A DNA stretch of 64,000 nt from the human T2T-CHM13v2.0 reference genome, Homo sapiens. The notes beneath the pieces are model-generated. The model was not told the DNA's origin. It ran no database searches and saw nothing but the letters and a program-made list of their open reading frames with translations. The DNA is taken from assembly GCF_009914755.1 (NCBI RefSeq), contig NC_060928.1. One strand, given 5' to 3'. This document shows, in pieces, positions 13,443 to 25,252 of this stretch. The position numbers and the translations under genes were made by a program. The first letter of the stretch is position 1, and each line of letters begins with the position of its first letter.

Positions 13443-13800
13443 TAGTGAACATGCGGAGCTCTGTCCAATGCAGAGCTCTGCCCAGATCTACTCAATGTCC
13501 TTTCATAATTTCTGTGTGCTTCCTGGTTTCTGAAAGCCTCTGCATTGCTCTCTAGTGGCTTGGACATGCAACTCTTTTTCAGAGGTCTATCCTCAGGCTG
13601 AGATGCTTCCTCCTTATTTACAGAAAGCTAGAAGTGCCTGGAAATGTATATTCCTTCAGGGTGCAGTTTTTAGCCAATGGCTGATGAGTTGGGGAAGAAT
13701 GGAAAATCTCAGCTCTCTTGTCTTGAAGTTATAAAATGTAAGGTAAATTTTATTCTGGGTGGCCCTTTCATATGTTATGATCTGAGTGACAGGAGAGTCT
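13443..13800 (+). mobile_element. LTR16-like ERVL LTR remnant
   Basis: GCTAGAAGTGCCTGG...AGCCAATGGCTGATGAGTTGGGG...CTCAGCTCTCTTG resembles LTR16. Confidence 0.55.
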
Positions 13801-14169
13801 CTGGACCCAATGGATCCCACAAGCCAAGGCAGAAAAGCGACTGGTGGGTTCTTGGTCTTATATAAAACATCAGTTTTGTTTTTTTTTTAAATGTTCACTT
13901 CTATGTGTCATTCAATTTATTTCTCAACCCTCTGCCAAACGAGTGCTGGTATGTCCACTTTATTTTATGTATGCCACTGTTGTTTTACAAGTTCCTGGAA
14001 ATCTTGCAAGGTAAAAACCTTGAGTCATGTATGAGTGCTCCCATATTAATATCCCCCATACCCAACCGGGTATTCTAACACTTTCACTACCCAACATGAG
14101 GTTGTTTTCTGTTTCTACACTTCTGATAAATAACCCCTCTTTTCACCCCTTAGCAGAGACACTAGGTTG

Positions 14170-14340
14170 CAAAAAGCCAACGTTTGGTTTTATTGATTAT
14201 CTCTATTACTTTTCTACTTCACTGATGGCAACTGTAATTAAAAAAAAAATTCTTCCTTACACTTGCTTTGGGTTTCAGTTGCTCTTTATCCCATTTCTTA
14301 AAGTGGAAGCTTAAGTTATGGTTTTACATCTTTATTGAGG
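14170..14340 (-). mobile_element. L1M ORF2 fragment
   Basis: AAAGCCAACGTTTGGTTTTATTGAT...CTTGCTTTGGGTTTCAGTTGCTC. Confidence 0.55.
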
Positions 14341-16149
14341 TTCAACAATTCCTTCATTTTTATGTCACATACTTTAAAAATTTTAAATGAAGATAACTGA
14401 CACTTTAAAAAGCTTTTAATCATTATATGTTAACATCTTAATTTTATCTAAGCATTTATTTCTATATACTGGTTTTTAGATAATGTTAATTTTAATTTCT
14501 TCTGGAAGGTAGGATTTGGGATGATTCTGTAGTTTAGCCAATGTGCATTTATCATTTTAACAAAAAGTTATGTCAAATTCAAATTAATATAGAAATGTGA
14601 TTAATAATAGACCTTATGGATTCAATGTTTCAGCTTGTTATCTAATCGAAATAATATAGACAATAGTCTATAACTCAATTACTTGGGGAAAATTTTTATT
14701 TTATAAGCTAAAGAATATTTCCAAAAATATTTTTACATTTAATGATCTATGATACATGTCTCCTAGTTATGAGCCTTTTAGAAAGTATGATCAGCTTCTT
14801 AAAAATTATTTCAGGCAGCTTAATATTAATAATAATACTAAATTTTTTAATTAAAATAATATAGGAGACCACCAAAAAGACTTAAGGTAAGTAGTTATCA
14901 TATGGTGTTTTGGGTGAATTAATTAGAAGTCAACATTTATTTCTCTTTTTTATATATGTAAAGATATATGAAAGAATATTTTTAAAAATTTCCTGGGAAC
15001 AAAGAGGAAAGAAAAATTTGTTCCATGTGTTTCAATATAAAGACAAATAAGGCACAGAAAATACATGAAGTAATTTATTCCTATAAAATTTTGTATATCG
15101 GACAGAAAAACTTTTATACTGATGCTTCTTATACATAGTATATATAAAAGCTTATGCCATAACACTGAGTCAAAAGGTTGTCATTTCCCCCTTAAATATT
15201 ACTTACAGGTTTATAGTCCACCTTGTTTAGAAATGATATGAATAAGTATATTACAGTAATAATTTCTTAAATAAGAACACAAAGTAAAAACTTAGAACTC
15301 TTATTTCCCTTGTCTTTCTATGACTCTTTAAACATAAAAAACTTGACAGACAAAGCACCTTCTCTTGGAATTTTATGTAACCTGAAAAAAATAAGAGTAA
15401 GAAATTACATAGTGATTTTTAAAACACAATCCCAAATTTCTAGGTACTGTAAATACCAAAATAACAGAGGATACAATAAATCCCTCAGAAATATAGAACC
15501 ACAAACTTCCCTTGTCCATTTTGTTGTATAGATTGCTAATGATGGTGACCACTCAGAGCTGACTAGATTTAATTATAATTTGTAGCTTAAACAATATTTG
15601 AAAAAGGATCTTTCAAGCTCAAATTAGAGTCAGGTTATTTTCTTAGCTCTCAGAATCTGAAGGACATCATAGGGTTAATAATCTGAAGGTTCTCCTGTCA
15701 AATGTGGTGTGTCTTTTCTTAAGTCACTATTGAACTTCTGAAGATCCACAATCATAAAAATCTGCCTCTTGTAAACTGTGACAATTTAGTTCTATATACT
15801 CTCTTTGGATAATGAAATATACTAAAATATTTGCTTCAAATTCCATCTATATAATATAACGGTTCATATATATATGTGTGTGTGTATAGATATATACATA
15901 CACACCTAACATAGAAACACCAATATATCCAAAGCCTATTGAAAATTTCCATTTGGAAATCTTACAGACATGATTAACTAATATAAATTTTTGCCTAAAC
16001 CAAATAAACTAAAGTCTATATGAATAAATCTCAGATGAGCTAGAATCATGAGTCTAAACTTGTATAAATTAAATTGTTTTTATTCTATATGTTAACATAT
16101 TTATATTTGGAAGTTTTTATATTTTACTGTATTTTTCTATCCTTTAAAA

Positions 16150-16372
16150 CAAGCTTGTCCAACCTGTTGCCCGCAGGCCACGTGTGGCCCAGGACGGCTT
16201 TGAATGTTGCCTAACACAAATTCATAAACTTTCTTAAAACATTATGAGATGTTTTTGTGTGATTTTTTTTTTAGCTCATCAGCTATTGTTATTGTTAGTG
16301 TAGTTTATGTGTAGCCCAAGATAATTATTCTTCCAATGTGGCCCAGGGAAGCCAAATGATTAGATAGGACTG
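16150..16372 (-). mobile_element. MER30 (hAT-Charlie MITE), full length
   Basis: CAAGCTTGTCCAACC...GGCCCAGGACGGCTTTGAATG...GGCCCAGGGAAGCCAAA. Degenerate 8-bp TSD CTTTAAAA/TTTTAAAT. Confidence 0.9.
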
Positions 16373-18830
16373 TTTTAAATAGTAATGCATTTTTTTTCAG
16401 ATAATTAATCTAATAACACTTCTCTCTTAATTTTAAGAAAAATCAAATTTTGAGCTACTGTGATCTAACAGGAAAATGAGGCTATCAAAAATTGGACATG
16501 TGCAAAAAAAGAAACAGTCATTCATTTATAATTAGGAGAACAAATATATATTAGTACGCCTTTCCTGTTGATGAATTCATTTGCTACTCTTCCAGACTCT
16601 GTGCTATGCTAGGACCCAGAGCTAGAAGAGCTCAGCTTCTAAAAAGTCAAGAAGAGCAACTTCAAGATTCAGAGGAGGCTTAAAAGGCAAGGAAAAATAT
16701 TTTCTTCATCTGGGATAATCTTGTGTTTAAAGAATGTAAATACTTCTTTCTATGTGAGTTAGAAATTGTAGAAAATAAAGTTAATGAGTTAGTTAGTATA
16801 AAGTGGCCTAAAATATATGAAAGGTTCAAAAATTGAAAGATACGTTAACAGTTACAAAAGGAAAAAACCTTTCTTCTATGTATGAGATGTAAATATGATT
16901 AATAGAACTTTTGAGCGAACAGATCATTAGGCAAATTGATCATTAATTAACTGGCATTAAGCAAATTTGTTTTAGGTGGACTTGCTTTCTTCTAATTCAA
17001 TAAATCTGAAACCTATGCAGATATTTTTATTTGAGCTCAGTTTCAAAAGTAGCACAAAATGTCTTTGTAAGTGTTGAGCTTTTTTTCCATATTAAAATAA
17101 GGAGGATTGGGTAATAGCCACCAAAATGTCAAATCAAGTAAGTAATTTAGGTTGTCCTTTTCACAAACTCATCTGAATGATACATTTCTTTACAAAATGA
17201 AATGTAACACATGGGGTATTTTCAGATAATTTTTGACAAGCCATGGTACCAAGTCTACATAATTTTTTTAGCATAATAATGTATTTTCTTATCAAAATGT
17301 CATTAAAATTTAGAATCTCAGCAAAACATGTGTGAAATACTTTGTAATATACACTATTCTTAAGAAGAATGATATATTTCTTCTGTGTCCTATACAATTT
17401 AACTATTCTCAAATAGATTGGCCCCGTTTATGTGCATTAATTTAATTTAGTTTTGAGACATTTGTGGTATAATTATAGTTAGGTCTTATTTTCCTCATTT
17501 GCCTAAACACAAAGTTCTTATTTTAACAAACCAAAAACAGACCACCCATATTGTAGACTTGAAATCTCATTAACACAGTGCAGAGCTAGAGTCCAACATA
17601 CAATATGAGTGTGTATATGTGTGTCTGTGTGTGTGTATGATAGAAAAAGACAGAAAAAGACATAGAGATTGACAGAGAAAAATTAAGACCTGAAATTTTC
17701 AGGGTTACCTAAATATTCACTCCAGTCATTATGTAGGAGGGAATATAATATTCCTAAATCATGCTGCATTTGTTTTCTACAGGATGCTTTCTCTGAGTTA
17801 ATTAATTCAAGATATACGTTCTTACTGCCCACTTTCTAACATTTTCACTAAAAGAAACTGATAATTCAATAATGAATAAGCCACAGATCCTTCCAAACTG
17901 AATGCTATACAGCTTAATATAATGCAGCAATAAGAAACATGAAAAAAAGAACTCTAAGTGCCTGAAACATACCTGTGTGATTAGACCTTATTATTCCACT
18001 GTTTCTGGAAGATGTTGTATCCACTTGATCTGTCTACTTTTAATGCTAATCTTTTAAATGCAATGCTCAGTTAGTGTCACTAGGTTCAATTATCCATAAT
18101 AATATCCAAAGCTATTTTAAAGTAATGATTTTATAAAGCCAGAAGAAATGATTCATGGAAAATATCACAAATTATTATATGAAATAAGAATTATAAACAG
18201 TTAATTTGATTTAAATTATGTATTTAGAAAGCTGTCTGTACTATATTTCCTCACTAATAATCTCTAGAGTTTCTATGAAAGATATTGCTATACTGTCCCG
18301 CTCCTTTTTGGTTACTCTGCTTTTAATACTTCTTCAAGAAATCTGTGTTTGGATGATCTGCTTGAGGTTGCTAAGAAAATTCCCAAGGAATAAACAATGG
18401 CAGATGAAGATTTGACTTTTCTTTTTGCTCATGAGCTGTTCAAAAAACTAGTTCTTTGCATCATTGCTTTCTATTCTTCAAAATAATATAACATTAAAAT
18501 ATAAAATCATACACATTTAAAGGAATAAAACTTCGCAGAGATTAATTTTTATCTATAGGCCAAATAAAGCTAAAATTGTAGAGAAAAATACAGCTAGTCA
18601 AAACCATAAGGCAATATAAAGTGTTCAGTCTGTTTTTACTGAAGGATATAAAGTGAATGGTGCTTCCTAAGCAATGAGGTTTGAAAGCATTTCGAGGAAA
18701 AGATTGATTTTCACACTCAATGTTTGTAAATGGCCTTTTGGAAGAGGGAAATCAAGCCACATCAAGTCATAATATCACAAGACAACTGGAATGTAGCTGC
18801 CACCACAGGACATCATGAAAACCCTCCAAG

Positions 18831-20958
18831 GGTAGTGTGATGCCTCCAGCTTTGTTATTTTTGTTTGGGATTGTCTTGGCTATATGGAATCTTTTTTTGG
18901 TTCCATATGAATTTTAAAAGTGTTTTCTAATTATGTGAAGAATGTCAACGGTGGTTTATTAAAAATAGAATTGAATTTGTAAATTATTTGGGCATTATAG
19001 GCATTTTCATGACATTGATTCTTCATATACACGACCATGGAATGTTTTTTCATTTGTTTGTTGTCTCTCTGATTTCCTTGAGCAGTGGTTTGTGGTTCTC
19101 TTTGAAGAGGTCCTTTACTTGCCTTGTTAGCTGTATTCCTAGGTATTTTATTTTCTTTGTAGCAATTGTGAATGGGAGTTCATTCATGATTTGGCTCTCT
19201 GTTTGTCTATTGTTGGTGTATAGGAATGCTAGCAATTTCTGCACATTGATTTTGTATCCTGAGACAGCTTAAGTTGCTTATCAGCTTAAGAAGCTTTTGG
19301 GCTGAGAGGATGTGTGGGGTTTTCTAGATATAGGATCATGTCATCTACAAACAAAGATAATTTAACTTCCTCTTTTCCTATTTGAATACCATTTATTTTT
19401 ATCTTGCCTGATTGCCCTGGCCAGAACTTCCAATACTATGTTGAATAGGAGTGGTGAGAGATGGCATCCTTCTATTCTGGTGATTTTCAAGGGGAATGCT
19501 TAGAACATTCATGCTACCTGACTTCATACTATACTACAAGGCTACAGTAACCAAAACAGCATGGTACCAGTACAAAAACAGACACATAAACCAATGGAAA
19601 ACAATAGAGAACTCAGAAATAAGACCACACACCTACAGAAATCTGACCTTTGACAAACCTGACAAAAATAAGCAAAGGGGAAAGGATTTTCTATTTAATA
19701 AATAGTGCTGGGAGAACTGGCTAGCCATATGCAGAAAATTGAAACTGGACCCCTTCCTTACACATTTTACACAAATTATGTGAAGATGGATTAAAGACTT
19801 AAATGTAAAATTCGAAACTATAAAAGCCCTGGGAGAAAATCTAGGCAATACCATTCAGGACATAGGCACAGGTAAAGACTTCATGATGAAAATAACAAAA
19901 GCAATTACCACAAAATCAAAAATTGACAAATGGCATCTAATTGAACTAAAGAGCTTCTGCACAGCAAAAGAAACTATCATCAGGGTGAACAGATAACCTA
20001 CAGAATGGAAGAAAAATTTTGCAATCTATTCTTCTGACCAAGGTCTAATATCCAGAGTCTACAAGAAACTTAAACAAGTTTATAAGAAAAAGAAAAACAG
20101 CCCTATTAAAAAGTGGGCAAAGGACATGAAAACACTTCTCAAAAGAAGACATTTATATGGCCAACAAATATATGAAAAAGAGCTCAACATCACTCATCAT
20201 TAGAGAAATGCAAGTCAAAACCACAATGAGATACCATTTCATTCCAGTGAGAATGGTGATTATTAAAAAGTCAGGGAACAACAGATGCTGGCGAGGATGT
20301 GGAGAAAAAGGACTGCTTTTACACTGTTGGTGGGAAGGCAAATTAGTTCAACCATTGTGGAAGGTAGTGTGGCAATTTCTCAAAGATCTAGAAGCAGAAA
20401 TACCATTTGATCCAGCAATCACATTACTGGGCATATACTCAAAGGAATATAAATCATTCTGTTACAAAGATAGGTGCATACGTATGTTCATTGCAGCACT
20501 AGTCCCAATAGGGAAGACATAGAATCAACCCAAATGCCCATCAATGATAGACTGGATAAAGAAAATGTGGTACATATACACCATGGATTACTATGCACCC
20601 ATAAAAAGGAATGAGATCATATCCTTTGCAGGCACATGGATGGAGCTGAAAGCCGTTATCCTCAGCAAACTAACACAGAAACGGAAAACCAAACACCACA
20701 TTTTCTCATTTGTAAGTGGGAGCTGAACGATGAGAACACATGGACACATCAGGGGACGAACACACACTGGGGCCTGTCAGGTGGGGCAGGGGGAGGAAGA
20801 GCATCAGGAAGAGTAGCTAATGGATGGTGAGCTTAATACCTAGGTGATGGGTGGATATTACAGCAAACCACCATGGCACACATTTGCCTATGTAACAATC
20901 CTGCATATCCTGTACATGCACCCTTGAACTTAAAATAAAAGCTGAGGGAAAAAAAAAG
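18831..20958 (+). mobile_element. L1PA12-14-like LINE-1 with inverted 5' segment
   Basis: 18831-19501 is ORF2 on the minus strand (ORF 19050..19244 ...[20 protein letters not shown]). 19502-20958 continues ORF2 on the plus strand ([17 protein letters not shown]; [15 protein letters not shown]) into the 3' UTR and A tail. Confidence 0.92.
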
Positions 20959-21559
20959 TAGTAAGCTAGAATGATAAGATGGTCAGTTATAAAATCAATA
21001 TATTCTTAAAGAAAAGAAATCTTCCAAGGACCTTATTTTCTCCTAAATCTTCCCCATTAACCAACCACTAAATTAATCTCAAGATTTGATACTAAAAACA
21101 ATAAATGAATTTTCCCTGGCTTTTTAACAGAATTTCCCTGGAATACAAATGACATAGGGAAATTTATAGAAAAGACTATGACAAGTAAAGCATGAAAAAA
21201 AAAATTAAAACCCAGAGAAGAGTACTTTATTGTATCCATATTATTAAAATGCATCTGATGAAAACATACCACTCTTATCATGTTTACAACTAGCATATGA
21301 CGTGTTTGTCAACTAACCTGTGAACTTCAAGAGATTTTATGTTTATTAATTTCTTAAATGGCTAAGCATATTACAATGCTGTAAACACTATTTGAGACTC
21401 AGCAATAACTGTTGAATGAGAAAGCAAATTAATGTTAAACAGCTTCATGGTTTTAAAGTTACTAATATTAAAACTTTTGTATCAATTCAGTTGGAAATGA
21501 ATTCAGCTGATGTTTGAGTATGTACCCAGCAGTCTTAATTCTACACATACATTTACCAA

Positions 21560-22140
21560 TCTAATAATTCAGCAACTGAGAACAAATTATTGAGAATCTA
21601 ATGTGTCCAAAGTACTACAATAATTAAACAACAAATATAACAATAAAATAAATAGACAAGGCCTATTCTTTTATGGAGCTTAAAATTTATCATAAAAAAA
21701 CAATGTCCCAGGTCACTACAAAAAAATATGATTAAAATGGAGCTAGCGAAATGTATTGAGAACAGAAACAATAGGAAGACTTAATACAGCTTTAGCTGAA
21801 ATCAGATGGATGAATTGAAGTTAGTCATTTGCAACTGTAGAGAAAGAGTTTGTATAGCAATTGGGTAAAATATATATAAAGGCTTGGATTGGGGGAAGGG
21901 CTTGATTAATCTCAGGAACTGAAAAAATATAATACAAATGGAATATGGGGATAGGTCTAGCAAACCAAGGGACTGACAAAATAATGAAGAATGAACTGGA
22001 GAAGAATGTTATAAGACAAGATCACTGGTTTGGTTTTTATTTCATAGGCAATGAGAATCTGCTAAAGAGTTTTATTTTAAATATACTGGCATTTTGTTAA
22101 GATCATTCTGACTGCAATGTGGAGATTGAATTAGAGATGA
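21560..22140 (-). mobile_element. L2 3' portion
   Basis: AACAAATTATTGAGAATCTAATGTGTCCA...ATGGAGCTTAAAATT...GATCATTCTGACTGCAATGTGGAGA. Confidence 0.7.
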
Positions 22141-23399
22141 GAAACCAAATATGAAACTTAACTTCTGCTTTATCCCTCATTTGTGTCTTGCGTTAGTATC
22201 ACTGTAGATATTAACTATAGAGACCATATTTAGAAAAATAAATGAAAGCTCTGTTAAAATCTTCAGCATCAAATAAGAAAATCTAAACACAATTTTAATA
22301 AAAACAGTTATTTCATATCTAGGTCGAAAAGAAGACAAGAGTAAGCAAGAGAGAGAGAGGAAAAAGAAAATAAATTGTACTAAATATTACACACAAGTAC
22401 TTTAGCCTCACTGATATAAATTAAAATTTAAAGAGTTAAAATAATACACATAAATCATGTTTATATATTTTACAGGTAACACATTATTCCTAAAACTTTT
22501 CTCCCATAAAGCTGTTGTCAATGCATGAACATTCAACAACCATTTACATAAAATACATATGTAATTGTCATGCTTCAATTATTATGTTAATAAATCCTCA
22601 GTCTTTCTGATGGGGGAAATTAGCATAAGTATCTCATTACAATGTGGGAAATTTTCTACTAAACAAACCAAATTATTTTGCAAAGGCCATTGAACAGCTG
22701 TCAAATGAAACTGACTTTTGGTCGAAATCTGTGGGTGTCTGATTCAGACTAACAATATACAGGTTAAATGTATGTAAGTGACTCATCAGAGCCCCAAGTC
22801 TCTCTACTATTTAAATAAAGTTTTCAGGCAAGACAGGGCTCATGATAATTCTTTCCATATCATTAGCAAAACTATTGTGCAATGTTTTAGGTTAACCAAC
22901 TCTGCATACTCAAAAGGCATGTAAATTTCCTGATGAATAATATATAGAAAGACACAAAACTGTGGCACTGACTTCTGATGATTTATATGCACTCCTTGAA
23001 GAGGATGATTTTAATAAGCCATAGATAAAAGATATAAACTATATGCTGATTTGCTAATTTAAAAAAATGATATTTTGTGATTAATTTTCACATTTTATTC
23101 ACATTGAAAAAGCTATAAACACATCAGAGATAGTAAGTAATAAATGAAATAAAACAAAGGACAATGTAATATATGAATCTAAAAATATGTAAATTTTTGT
23201 AAGTAAAATAGAAAGATCTCTATAACTTTGTTTTATAAATTAATCTGTGATTTGATAAAGGCAGTTGACATATGTACTTTGTCATCTTAGCCATTTTCTT
23301 CTATTTGTATTCTTCCTCCTTACCCCCTTCTATTCTTCCTCTTCCTCTTTCTTTTACTATGATTACTGTAATAACTACTATCCATTATTATAATAATGA

Positions 23400-23660
23400 C
23401 AGCAATCCTTCAATGATTCACTTAATATTTACTGTAAGCCTGGAACTCTGCTAAGCTAATGACATTAGATAATTTTATTTAATTCTCACAATAAATTTAT
23501 GAGGTAAGAATTATTATTTTAATTTTCCATTGAAGTATCAGTCTAAAATAATTTAAACAGATTTTCCAAGGTCACATAGCTAAATCATACAGGGTTGGTC
23601 TTGATTTCTAATTCTACCTGATTCCAGAGTTCATGATCTTAACTGCTTTACTATTTTGCC
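23400..23660 (-). mobile_element. MIR
   Basis: TTTAATTCTCACAATAAATTTATGAGGTAAG...CCAAGGTCACATAGCTA...TGATTCCAGAG. Confidence 0.75.
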
Positions 23661-23952
23661 TTCATCTGGCAAAATAGTTTAATTAAGGCCAAAACTGAAC
23701 AAATGAATAGACAGTGAATGCACTCAAGAGTACGACAAGGAAAAAAGAAATAATATTTTAAAAATAACTCATGAGTTTTCTGTAATGTTTGTTCATTTAA
23801 TTTTTCTTTCATTTGCAGTTTATCACCTCAGAAATGAGGGGAAGTATTGGAACAACAACATCAATCAAAAAAGTTCTTATTTAGGAAAAATATCCCTCTG
23901 ACAAATCAGAGAGGAATTAGATGTAGAAAGGATATTCATAGCTGTTGTCTGG

Positions 23953-23956
<4 letters not shown>

Positions 23957-23983
<27 letters not shown>

Positions 23984-24064
23984 AGTAGAGCTGGGGTTTC
24001 ACCATGTTGACCAGGATGCTCTTGATCTCTTGACCTTGTGATCCGCCTGCCTCATCCTCCCAAA
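23957..24064 (-). mobile_element. Alu left-arm-only fragment (AluSc-like) with 27-nt poly(A)
   Basis: T27 directly abuts AGTAGAGCTGGGGTTTCACCATGTTGACCAGGATG...CCTCCCAAA. Candidate TSD CTGGTGCCTTTT/CTGATGCCCTTT. Confidence 0.85.
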
Positions 24065-24287
24065 ACTGATGCCCTTTTAATAAACCCAGCACTTCCTATT
24101 TCCTTGCATCACAGCTCAGGTTTTGGAATGAAAGACAGACTCTCTAATAGAAAAGACATAATAATTTGAAGGATTCCAAGAACATCATGGCTAGTGTGCC
24201 ACTGGTCATCGATTATGGGAGGATGTAATAGTCAATGACCGCACACTTTTCACATGGTGCCATATCCAATATTGCAGACAGACTGCT

Positions 24288-24337
24288 ATAACAGGATAGC
24301 CATGACTAGTGGATAACAGGATAGCCATAACTAGTGG
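24288..24337 (+). repeat. 25-bp tandem duplication
   Basis: ATAACAGGATAGCCATGACTAGTGG / ATAACAGGATAGCCATAACTAGTGG (1 mismatch). Confidence 0.9.
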
Positions 24338-24869
24338 AGACCCAGGAAAGAAACTTCCCTATACACTGTAGTATGGTGAGAAGGAAGTGACCAGATTCCC
24401 CTAGCCACCTGGAAGTGCTTATTGACAAGTGAGAAGAAGAAGCCTGGATAGAACTCTGGATGTTGCAGTTCAGATGCATTCTACACCTCCAGAGTGTGGC
24501 AAATATCAAATTTATAAAATCCAAGGAAACACAGAGAGCCAGTGACACCACAGAACACACCAGCACAGGATGCTCAAGAGCAGACCAGATGAGCCACACA
24601 TGGCAGACAGCTTAAAGCATGCAGCAAAAGACCAGAACTATAGAGAATCCCAATATAGGCATAAATTACTTTGCTCCTGAAGACAGATAACATCATGGAA
24701 AGAGAGAGAGAGAGAGGAGAGAAGGCCATTTGAGAGAGGACAGAGAAAGCTCTGACAGGAAGTAGAAACTTTAAAAATAAATTGGTATTTACCCTAATAC
24801 CTGAATTAATCCAAAACGGACTCTTTTAAAGAGGAAACAAAGAGTTATCTTTAACTCACTGGTATCCCT

Positions 24870-25252
24870 CTTCTCTCAGGGGTCCATAGGTAATACACTG
24901 CTTCTGTTATTTCATGTATTTTGGGGAGCTGCCTCTTTTGTGTCTTGCCTGACCTAGACCTGAACCTAACTACCGTCCCAGTTGGGGCTGTCTTAAGAGA
25001 GTGGCCGTCTTCGTAGGAACAAACTGGATTCAGGTCAGACAAGAGTTACAAGGACATCTGCCAATATAAACAAGTTTCCTGTGAGAGGACAGCTGTCACA
25101 GATTAGACATTTAGGCTAAAGAAGTAGCCTGTGAAAGGCTTATTGTAAACATCCAAAACAAAATTCCTTAGATTCTTGGTCATGTCATGGCTACCACTTA
25201 TGACCACTCTCTGGAGAGAAACCTTGAGACAAAACTAGAAAAAAAGCTGCAG
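24870..25252 (-). mobile_element. ERVL LTR, MER54/MER74-like
   Basis: CAGGTCAGACAAGAG...ATATAAACAAGTTTCCTGTGAGAGGAC...CACTCTCTGGAGAGAAACCTTGAGAC. Confidence 0.65.

Noticed and set aside
22322-22339. 18-nt plus-strand micro-exon candidate (also 14865-14886)
   Set aside because: Isolated splice-site pairs of this quality are expected by chance in 64 kb of AT-rich DNA.
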